Virus record (IMG/VR): IMGVR_UViG_3300047585_000133 | Span: 56,291-120,290 of that record | DNA: 64,000 nucleotides | Strand: one strand, 5' to 3' | From: a virus | Shown: piece by piece, positions 56,747-64,000 of the stretch | How the letters are laid out: each line of letters starts with the position of its first letter | Position numbering within the stretch: position 1 is the stretch's first letter | Made by a program: the position numbers and the translations under genes | The notes under the pieces: model-generated | Databases searched by the model: none | Seen by the model: only the letters and a program-made list of their open reading frames with translations | Told to the model about the DNA's origin: nothing

Positions 56747-58264
56747 CTACTTCCCGACGGGGGCGACGTGGTATTCCTTCGCCATCTGGTCGATGTAGTT
56801 GACCACCTTGGCATGCGGCTCGTTCGTGCGGCCGATGTCGTGCTTGGCGTTCTCCACGTCGGCCGGGCCGCTCACCGGGAACTTGTCGTCAGTGCCGGGC
56901 AGGTGGTGGCTGGCGTTCTCCCGCTCGGATTCGGTGACGCCTCCGGCCGCCAGGCCTCTCGCGGCGGTCCGGCCGCGCCCGTTAGGGTGCTTGGCGCAGC
57001 CGCAGCCGCTGTCGGTGCAGTGCGCGCAGTCGCCGCCCTTGCACGCGGTGCACGACAGGTCGGCCAGGACGGGCCGCACGACGGCCATGAAGCCGTGCAG
57101 GACGGCAGTGTCGTCGAGGGTACGGTCACTGCGCCCCCAGGCGGCCGTGAAGCGGTTGTGGGCCTTCCCCAGCTCCGCCAGGGACGACGAGCCGGTCACC
57201 GCCCGCAGGCCCTCCCTGACGCCCACTGCCTCGCAGGCGGCAGCCCGGCGGGCACTCTCGATGTTCATCAGGTACCCGACGGCCACCGAGGCGGTATGAC
57301 TGCGGTCGCCGCAGGACTCTTCCGGCCAGTGGCTGCTGCCGCACCGTTCGTGGAACGGGTGCATAACCTCGGACTGCATCGCCCAGCGGTAGCCGAACGG
57401 GTCCGGTACCGAGTACCCGGCGACGGCGGCGGCGTGCCGCCGGTCGGCTCCGGCGTCCTGCGGCACCCCGGCGACCGGGTTGGGGGCGCTGGATCCCGTG
57501 GAATCGGTTGCGGCCGGAGCCGTGGGAATCGTGCCGGGCGGTCCCAGCGGAATTTCGGCGTAGGAGTCGGCGGTGTCGAACTGCGTGGTGTGCGAGTCGG
57601 GCCGTTCCGGTCCGCTGCCGAACCCGGATCCGCTGTTCTCCTGCTGCATCACCTGCTGGATCAGCGGTGCCTGGGCAGAGGAGGCCTGGGAGTCGCGGTC
57701 GAATCCCTCCACCTGGTTGAACGGGTCCTGGTCGGCGCCGAAAGTCGGGAAGACCTCGGTGGGGTACGGGGTGGCCGACGGGGCATTGTTCGGGTCCACC
57801 GTCTGGTCGATCTGCGGCAGCCCTGAGGCCCCCTGGCGCGAGTGCAGGTAGGCCACCACGCTCATGAACTCGTTGCGCGCCGCGCCCATTTTCAGCCCGT
57901 AGCCGGAGGCGAGGCTGCGCGCCCGGCCGTCGGCCTGGGCGGCTAGCTCGTCAGTGTCGGAACGGACGGCCGGGTCGAGGCCCCGGTACCAGAGCGAGGC
58001 CTCGGCGATCATCGCGGTGCGGTAGTCACCGGAGGGGATATCGGCATCGCCCAGCCAGTCGGTGGCGGCGGTGTGGTGCTCGTGGACCGGCACGGGGGTC
58101 AGCCGCTGGGCGGCGATTCTCGCTCCGAGGTCGGTCTCGCGGTCAAGGCCGGCTGCCGTCGTGCGGCTGCGGTCGTACTCGTCGAGGGCCGCGACTGCCT
58201 GCGCGAGTTCGGTGCCGTTGGACGCCTCGCGGATCATGCGCCGCAGGTCATTCCGGTCTGTCAT
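56747..58264 (-). CDS. Putative internal head protein with C-terminal DUF6582-like module
   Basis: HHTAATDWL, GASGLPQIDQTVDPNN; KFPVSGPADVENAKHDIG; RBS GGGAGGG. Confidence 0.7.
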   Translation of the reverse strand: MTDRNDLRRMIREASNGTELAQAVAALDEYDRSRTTAAGLDRETDLGARIAAQRLTPVPVHEHHTAATDWLGDADIPSGDYRTAMIAEASLWYRGLDPAVRSDTDELAAQADGRARSLASGYGLKMGAARNEFMSVVAYLHSRQGASGLPQIDQTVDPNNAPSATPYPTEVFPTFGADQDPFNQVEGFDRDSQASSAQAPLIQQVMQQENSGSGFGSGPERPDSHTTQFDTADSYAEIPLGPPGTIPTAPAATDSTGSSAPNPVAGVPQDAGADRRHAAAVAGYSVPDPFGYRWAMQSEVMHPFHERCGSSHWPEESCGDRSHTASVAVGYLMNIESARRAAACEAVGVREGLRAVTGSSSLAELGKAHNRFTAAWGRSDRTLDDTAVLHGFMAVVRPVLADLSCTACKGGDCAHCTDSGCGCAKHPNGRGRTAARGLAAGGVTESERENASHHLPGTDDKFPVSGPADVENAKHDIGRTNEPHAKVVNYIDQMAKEYHVAPVGK

Positions 58265-58339
58265 CAGCCCTCCCTGGGTTCCTGTCCCTTCTGCGGCCAG
58301 GTCACGGAAAGGATTCAAGGAACTGTAACGGGAGGGTAA

Positions 58340-58849
58340 CTATCCCGCGATGGTAACAGGCTGGTCACAAGCGCTGGTCAGGTCAGTGGTCACGGCGATG
58401 TTACCGATCACGTCCATCAGCGCTGCCAGATCGGCAGTCCTCAGGGGCGGCATCCGGCCAGCCGCCAGGAAGTCCTCCCACATCCCGGCGACCTCGGACG
58501 CAGCCAGGCCCTTTTTCACCCTTGCGGCCGACCAGCCGGCCATTCTCCCGTACCACTGCTGCCTGCCGGTGTCGGGCTTGTGTACAGGCTCCAGCCCCTG
58601 GGCCACAGCGAGAGCCACCAGGGCGCGGAGCTGAGCCCGGTCGAGGATGACGCGGGTGCCGGAGGAAAGGATGTCCCGGGCGGTCGTTACCGGGTCGTTA
58701 TCCTTGTCCCGGCGTCCTGCCGCCTCGGTGCTGGCGCACCCCTGGTGCATCTTGCGGCCGTAGTAGTACACGTATTCCTCGTGCAAGATGAACTCAGTGC
58801 CGCACTCGTCACAGGTGATCCCGGTCTCCCGTGCTGTCGCCATCGCCAT
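58340..58849 (-). CDS. Hypothetical protein with N-terminal Zn finger
   Basis: CDEC...HQGC. Confidence 0.6.
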   Translation of the reverse strand: MAMATARETGITCDECGTEFILHEEYVYYYGRKMHQGCASTEAAGRRDKDNDPVTTARDILSSGTRVILDRAQLRALVALAVAQGLEPVHKPDTGRQQWYGRMAGWSAARVKKGLAASEVAGMWEDFLAAGRMPPLRTADLAALMDVIGNIAVTTDLTSACDQPVTIAG

Positions 58850-59162
58850 GGAAGCCTCCCACGGCTTCCGGGGTTGTATCAGCTTCCTCGGGCAGCGTGA
58901 TGCCGTGCGCCTCCAGGAGACGGGCGGCGAGCACCTCGCGCGCCTGAACGGCCGTGCTCTCCAGGAGGGCGAGTGCTTCGGTGTAGAGGCGTGTCATCGG
59001 CGGGCGCGGACGGGTGCCCTGAAGCAGGTCCAGCATGGCATCGGCCGCCCGGACGTCCTCGGCCGCCTTGTGCAGGTCCGCACTGTGCTCCCACTGGCGC
59101 GGGTCCGGTCCGTCTACGGTGGGAGTCTCTTCCGGGGAGCCGGCCGCGTCCTCGCTGCTCAA
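58809..59162 (-). CDS. Helical hypothetical protein
   Basis: TTG start overlapping UDG stop. Confidence 0.5.
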   Translation of the reverse strand: MSSEDAAGSPEETPTVDGPDPRQWEHSADLHKAAEDVRAADAMLDLLQGTRPRPPMTRLYTEALALLESTAVQAREVLAARLLEAHGITLPEEADTTPEAVGGFHGDGDSTGDRDHL

Positions 59163-59740
59163 GACACGGCCTGGGCCAGGACATCGACCGTCTGCCGCTC
59201 CCACTGCCGCCGCTCGTCCCCGGGCAGGCGCAGGATGTAGGCCGGGTGGGGAACAGCCAGGAGACGGCGGCCGTTCAGGTCGTGCCACTGGAAGCGGGCT
59301 GTCTCGAAGGAGCCGAGGTCCTTGCGCGTGACGCCGTGCCAGGCGACCGACCCGGCCGCGACGACGACAACCGGGTCCACTACGGTAATTTCGTCTGCCA
59401 GGCGCTGCCAGGACGCCTGTACCTGGAACGGGTACGGGGTCCGGTTGCCCGGAGGCCGCCAGCAGACGGTGTTGGTGACGTAGCACAGCCGCCAGGGGAT
59501 CCCGGCCCGGTGGAACAGCTCCTGGAGCAGAGAACCCGACGGTCCCACGAATGGTTTCCCTTGCTTCTCCTCTTCGGCCCCGGGCGCCTCGCCGACGACG
59601 AGGAACGGGGAGTCGAGCGGGCCGTGCCCCCGCACCAGTTTCCGGCCTGCGGCCAGCTCGGCGAGGACCGGCGTCGCGGCGTACTGCTCGTACAGGGAGT
59701 CCATCGCAGATTCCCGGCTCAGCTGCCCGGTCGTGCCCAT
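59159..59740 (-). CDS. Uracil-DNA glycosylase (family 4-like)
   Basis: VGEAPGAEEEKQGKPFVGPSG, TNTVCWRPPGNRTP, HPAYILR. Confidence 0.9.
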   Translation of the reverse strand: MGTTGQLSRESAMDSLYEQYAATPVLAELAAGRKLVRGHGPLDSPFLVVGEAPGAEEEKQGKPFVGPSGSLLQELFHRAGIPWRLCYVTNTVCWRPPGNRTPYPFQVQASWQRLADEITVVDPVVVVAAGSVAWHGVTRKDLGSFETARFQWHDLNGRRLLAVPHPAYILRLPGDERRQWERQTVDVLAQAVS

Positions 59741-59859
59741 GTTCACCTCCGGAAACAGCGAACCGGGCAAGCGTAGAGGGCTCGCCCGGTTCGCGGGCCG
59801 GAACCATCGGGGTCCCGGCCTGCAAGGAACTCGGCTGGAGAATCTTGCCGGTCAGTCCC

Positions 59860-59888
59860 AGGTTAATACAGCTTTTCCAGACATACAA
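59860..59888 (-). promoter_or_regulatory. Partial motif promoter upstream of UDG (copy 15)
   Basis: TTGTAT-GTCTGGAAAAGCTGTAT-TAACCT. Confidence 0.55.
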
Positions 59889-59893
59889 GTCCC

Positions 59894-60658
59894 TCAGGCA
59901 AGGCTCGTCGGCGGATTGAAAGAGGGAGCGTCAACCGCCCTCTGCGGGACGACGGACGGATCCCGGCGGGCAGTACGCGACGTCATGTTCTCCTTGGTGG
60001 CGATTCGCCACAGAGGGTAGGTCTCGCCCCAGTTCTCGGTGACTGTCCCGCCCGTCATCGAGATCACGTAGCCGTCGGACTGCACCTGGAACGGGGAGCT
60101 GAGCAGCGCCATGTAGTCGGTCGCCCCCGGTGCCGCGTCCGGGTCGAACCAGGTCGGCAGCACGAAGTCGGAGACGGTGCCCGATACCTCGGTGCCTGCC
60201 ACGGAGGTAACTGTCATCTCGTAGGAGCTGCTCTCCACCGGGTCGCACAGTTCCAGGGCGATCTCGGTACCGTCTGCCTGCTGAGCCCACCTGTTGCACG
60301 CAGAGTCGCCGATGGTCTCGATCACCTCGTGGCTCAAGACGGAACACACCGAGAGGATGTCGCTCAGGGCGTTGCCGCCGTTCTGGAGGACCGGCTGGGC
60401 GAACACCCGGCCGTAGACGTCGGCGTCCGGGCCCTCGGAATGATAACCGAGGTCCCCGGCCTGGTCGGCGTCGTCGAAGACCGTGATGATGGCACCGTAC
60501 TTGATCTTGGGGGAGCCGGAGAAGAAGCTGACGCTAGGCGGCTGGATGCCCCAGGCCGGAGCGACGTGCTCCCTGACCTGCTTGTCGACGAGCAGCACCA
60601 TGGTATAGACGTCGTCGTTGCTGACAGACGTCGCGGCGTTCGTTACCCCGATGATCAC
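59894..60658 (-). CDS. Zincin-like metallopeptidase (HExxE variant)
   Basis: LGYH...SHEVIETIGD...ELCDPVE...VSDFVLPTWF. Confidence 0.7.
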   Translation of the reverse strand: MIIGVTNAATSVSNDDVYTMVLLVDKQVREHVAPAWGIQPPSVSFFSGSPKIKYGAIITVFDDADQAGDLGYHSEGPDADVYGRVFAQPVLQNGGNALSDILSVCSVLSHEVIETIGDSACNRWAQQADGTEIALELCDPVESSSYEMTVTSVAGTEVSGTVSDFVLPTWFDPDAAPGATDYMALLSSPFQVQSDGYVISMTGGTVTENWGETYPLWRIATKENMTSRTARRDPSVVPQRAVDAPSFNPPTSLA

Positions 60659-60926
60659 TGCTGGCTCCTGAGAATCGACTCAACGATGTCACGGACTGCT
60701 GCCTGGCCCGGTCCCTGCCGGTAGTAGCGGCTCACTTCTTCGCGGATCACCTGCACCATGACGTCTTGCACCTGGCGGGTAACCAGCGCCTGAACGTTCT
60801 CTGCCGTGCATACCCGGTCCACGGCTTCAGCGATCTCAGAGGAAAGATCCGTCATGTACTCGGTAAGTGCCGTCTTGATACTGGCCCTCATGCCCTCGAC
60901 TTCGAGGGTGATCACGGGGATGCCGA

Positions 60927-61247
60927 TCACTTCTGCGGTCCCTCGACGGCCTTCCGGACTTCGTCCTTCCAGCGGACCGGGAACTGCCCCGTCCACTGGA
61001 GCATGGAGTGCAGGAACCGCTTGGCAGCCTCGTCCCACTTGCCCTCATCGCCCTCGACGACCAGGCGGCCGTTCACCTCGCGCATCACCAGGAGCGGCTG
61101 GCCGTCGGCTCCCTCGATGGTGATGTTGAACGGCGGGCGCCCGGCGTTCAGGATGCTGCCTCCCTGCGGAGCAGGGAGACGGGAGACGCGCGGCCTCAGC
61201 CGCATCTTCATCTGGTCCTCGGGCACGGGCGGGACGGGAGCAACCAT
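60927..61247 (-). CDS. Hypothetical protein
   Basis: ATG coupled to upstream TGA. Confidence 0.5.
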   Translation of the reverse strand: MVAPVPPVPEDQMKMRLRPRVSRLPAPQGGSILNAGRPPFNITIEGADGQPLLVMREVNGRLVVEGDEGKWDEAAKRFLHSMLQWTGQFPVRWKDEVRKAVEGPQK

Positions 61248-61499
61248 CAGACGGTCCCCTCGATCTTGGTGAAGTCGGCGAACGGGTCCTCGGTCCGGGC
61301 CATCGCCTGCCAGTTCGGGTGGTCGGTTTCCCACTGGGCCCGGCGCCGGATCGCCTCGGGGAGGGTCTTCGGGCAGCAGGGACCGGGATGCAGTTCAGCC
61401 AGCGCGCACCAGTGGTCAATGAGACCGTCCGGGGTCTGGTGAATCCGGCACGTCCGCTGCGGGTGCTCCGCGAACTTCACCTCGGGGAGAGGCTCCTCG

Positions 61500-61811
61500 T
61501 CAGCCACCGAACGCCGCAATCCAGTGGCTCTGGACCGTGCGCCCGCCTTCCCGCGCACCGAGGCCCTCCCACGAGGGCAGCGTCTCGCCGTGCACCGACT
61601 GACCGTCCGCATGAGCCCGGTAGCGCTCGTACCCGTACCGGGCCTGGGCTTCGACGTGCTCCGGATTCTCCGCCAGGAGACGTCCGAGCTGCCCCCAGAA
61701 CGAGGCGGCATGGCTCTCGTGCTCGGTCACCTCGTTGGTGACCGGGCCGTAGGTGGTGCGCACCTTGATATTCTGCGGCTCGCGCTCGTCACGCATGGCT
61801 GTCAGGGTCAT
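61500..61811 (-). CDS. Hypothetical protein
   Basis: AGGAGG RBS; GETLPSWEGL...HWIAA. Confidence 0.6.
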   Translation of the reverse strand: MTLTAMRDEREPQNIKVRTTYGPVTNEVTEHESHAASFWGQLGRLLAENPEHVEAQARYGYERYRAHADGQSVHGETLPSWEGLGAREGGRTVQSHWIAAFGG

Positions 61812-64000
61812 TCTGGTCCTCCTGGTCTGATCTTCTTGACGAAATACTCTTAGGCTCCCTGGGCTTCCTGCTGGTGTAAGTCATGTCCGTCATGCCGAGC
61901 TGCATTGCATTCCACACCCGGTGATGACCGTCCATCAGCGTGCGCTCACCTTTGTGCGTCTTGATCCACAAAGGCGTGCGCTGCCCGTTTTCCGCCATAT
62001 CGTCTTGAAGATCATAGACTTTTGACCTCCCGGCGTCTTCGTCCCAGTGGGTAGCCCGCCTCAGGTTACCGTCTCTCCGCTGGAGCACGTCAGCAACCGT
62101 CCCTCCGCCCGGCGAGTCAGCGGACCTCAGCTTAAGGATCTCCTCGATCGGCATTACCGGGCCGCTATTCTTAGCCGCCGTGTGCAGGCTGATTCCAAAC
62201 GGGAAGCTCCGCACGTCGTCCCCGCGCTTCACGTGCAGGTGCGTGAAGCTCACCGGCACCTTCGGGTGCTGCTCCGGAACCGCTTCGCCCTCCTCCAGGT
62301 ACGCCAGGGTGACGTGCGGCGTGTAGTTCTTGAACTCGCTCGCGTTCAGGTCCTCCACTGCGTGCCGGACGGCTGACAGGCCCCGGACGAACGCAGGCAC
62401 GTACGCCACCGTCTTGTTATCGCTGCCCTCGCTCGGCGGGAACGTCCGCGTCCCCTCCAGGTGGCCGCTCAGCGGCGGCGACTGGGAGGCGGCCTCCTTC
62501 GCCCGGCGGCAGGCCTCGGCGAACGTTTCGTCATCCACGTCCTTGCCGAGGTAGCAAATTGTCACATGATGGTCGTCGACCCCGCCGGGTACCGGCCGCA
62601 CGGCACCCGGCGGGAGTTCCAGGTAGATCATCCCCGAACGCGGCGACAGGTCGTAGCCCTTGGCGGCCGTCCTCGCAGAATGCACCGGAGCACCAGGCGA
62701 CATCCCGCATTCACCGCAGGCGTAGTTGCCTGTGTCAGCGAACTGGTGCGGCCTCTTCTGCTTCTCGTACAGACTCTGGTTCTGCTCGCGAACCTGGCGC
62801 TGCCGTTCGTCCTGCGCTTCGTGGATCTCCTGCCGGGGCAGCTCCCGGCCCACCAGCATCGGCCCCCTGGTACGGAACGCACTCGGCAGCTTGTCCACCG
62901 GATCAGGTTCCATGTCCCCTGCGGGGTGTACCTCGAAAACACGGCCAGGACCCCGCCCGGGACGGGCGTGTTCCTGGCCGGCGGCGAGCTGCCAGGCGCG
63001 CAGCTTGTCGGTCGAGGCGTAGGAGTGATCGGGACTCGAAGCATCCCATTCGCCCCTGGTGCCGCGCGAAGACGGCGAGGTGACGTATTCGCCCGGGGCA
63101 AACGGATGCTGAGTCCCGTGGTACCAGGGGCCGTCTTCGGCTGCCGCCTCGCGTCCGGTCAGGCCGTCGTAGCCGCTGACGGCATGCCGACGGCTGTACT
63201 GGTTTTCGCGCTGCTGCTCGATCTCTTCCTGCGACATGTGCCAGGAGTTCAAGTCCTGCGGCCACTCATGCCGGGGCACCTCCCGGACCACGTGCAGCGG
63301 GTGGCTGGTCATCCACGACGCATTGCCCCGGACGATTCCGTTAGCGGTCTCGTCAGGCTTCACCGGGCCCGTCGGGTGCACCTGGTACAGGTGGCCCTCA
63401 GATCCTCCGCGCAGCTCGGCCATATGCCCGGCCAGGCTCGGGTCGGTGGTGGCGTAGAGCGGGGAGTTCTCCCTGAAGTCGTCGCGGTCCGGGTACTTCT
63501 TCCAGTAGTGGTGCTCGATCTGGTCGCCAGGCTCGTACTGGTCAGCGGTGCCGTGGTAATAAGCAGGACCGGCCGCCGCCTCGCGGTGGGTGCCGTCGTC
63601 AGCCGCCGCCGTGCGCCACGGGGACTTCTCGCGGGCCTTCAGCTGCTCGTTTTCCTCATCCCTGAACCAGGGCTTGCGTGCTTCTGCCGCCGCGTCGTAA
63701 TCAGCCTGATTGTCGTAGTCACCGACCGGCAGGTGCAGGCCGAGGTCCCAGGCAGCTGCCGCCCGGTGGTGCCCGTCCATCATCTGCGGCCTCTTCAGGG
63801 GACGGCCGCCCCGGGTGAACCGGGCCAGCGCCGGAGCCTCCACGCCGTGCTCAGCGACGTGGGCGCGCAGCTTCTCCCAGTACTCCGGCCCGTTCTTCTT
63901 AAAGTGCTTCACCAGGGAGGGGAGAGTCTTCACCGGGTAGTCGGGGTACTCGTACTTCCCGTACTCCTCCGGCGGCACCATCCTGATGGTGGTACCCGAG
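61789..64000 (-). CDS. Multi-enzyme polyprotein, 5'-truncated: ParB-like, Arr-like ART x2, Zn knuckle, 2H phosphoesterase, ParB-like
   Basis: MDGHHR twice; YHGT...YA[TS]TD...[YF]xVxPxG twice; HVTICY and HVTLAY; frame stays open to the window end. Confidence 0.85.
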   Translation of the reverse strand, partial: SGTTIRMVPPEEYGKYEYPDYPVKTLPSLVKHFKKNGPEYWEKLRAHVAEHGVEAPALARFTRGGRPLKRPQMMDGHHRAAAAWDLGLHLPVGDYDNQADYDAAAEARKPWFRDEENEQLKAREKSPWRTAAADDGTHREAAAGPAYYHGTADQYEPGDQIEHHYWKKYPDRDDFRENSPLYATTDPSLAGHMAELRGGSEGHLYQVHPTGPVKPDETANGIVRGNASWMTSHPLHVVREVPRHEWPQDLNSWHMSQEEIEQQRENQYSRRHAVSGYDGLTGREAAAEDGPWYHGTQHPFAPGEYVTSPSSRGTRGEWDASSPDHSYASTDKLRAWQLAAGQEHARPGRGPGRVFEVHPAGDMEPDPVDKLPSAFRTRGPMLVGRELPRQEIHEAQDERQRQVREQNQSLYEKQKRPHQFADTGNYACGECGMSPGAPVHSARTAAKGYDLSPRSGMIYLELPPGAVRPVPGGVDDHHVTICYLGKDVDDETFAEACRRAKEAASQSPPLSGHLEGTRTFPPSEGSDNKTVAYVPAFVRGLSAVRHAVEDLNASEFKNYTPHVTLAYLEEGEAVPEQHPKVPVSFTHLHVKRGDDVRSFPFGISLHTAAKNSGPVMPIEEILKLRSADSPGGGTVADVLQRRDGNLRRATHWDEDAGRSKVYDLQDDMAENGQRTPLWIKTHKGERTLMDGHHRVWNAMQLGMTDMTYTSRKPREPKSISSRRSDQEDQNDPDSHA

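Noticed and set aside
62836-63570. Calling the Arr-like domains rifampicin-resistance genes
   Set aside because: Only the ART core motifs are shared; the domains sit inside a phage polyprotein and the substrate is unknown
1-64000. tRNA, rRNA, integrase or IS elements
   Set aside because: No cloverleaf, rRNA signature, recombinase or transposase motif recognised by eye; a tRNAscan run would be needed for certainty

Overview
GC-rich actinobacteriophage DNA from a large myovirus-like genome. The major capsid, decoration, protease/scaffold and portal proteins resemble those of mycobacteriophage cluster C (Bxz1/Myrna-like); this is recognised from memory, with no search run. Layout: (i) ~0.4-30.3 kb, minus-strand head morphogenesis, membrane/lysis-like and fibre/tailspike genes with a few antisense cassettes; (ii) ~31.3-54.0 kb, a plus-strand array of small accessory genes (C5 methylase-like, WhiB, GNAT, HicA-like, HNH, DUF2786, ParB-like); (iii) ~54.1-64 kb, minus-strand large low-complexity proteins, UDG, a zincin and a multi-enzyme protein running off the window end. 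No rRNA, tRNA, CRISPR array, integrase or terminase was seen. Main leads: (1) polyproteins whose modules (two Arr-like ADP-ribosyltransferases, a 2H/Acb1-like phosphoesterase, two ParB-like domains, His/Zn modules) are separated by a recurring [RKH]-x-A-[AS] motif, a probable head-protease cut site; (2) one head-region gene that apparently needs two short hops at UGU-UUA plus a -1 frameshift; (3) a 20-bp motif in 15 copies forming the spacer of SigA-type, often leaderless, promoters in either orientation; (4) a small protein ending in VGG paired with a Cys-x-His partner.
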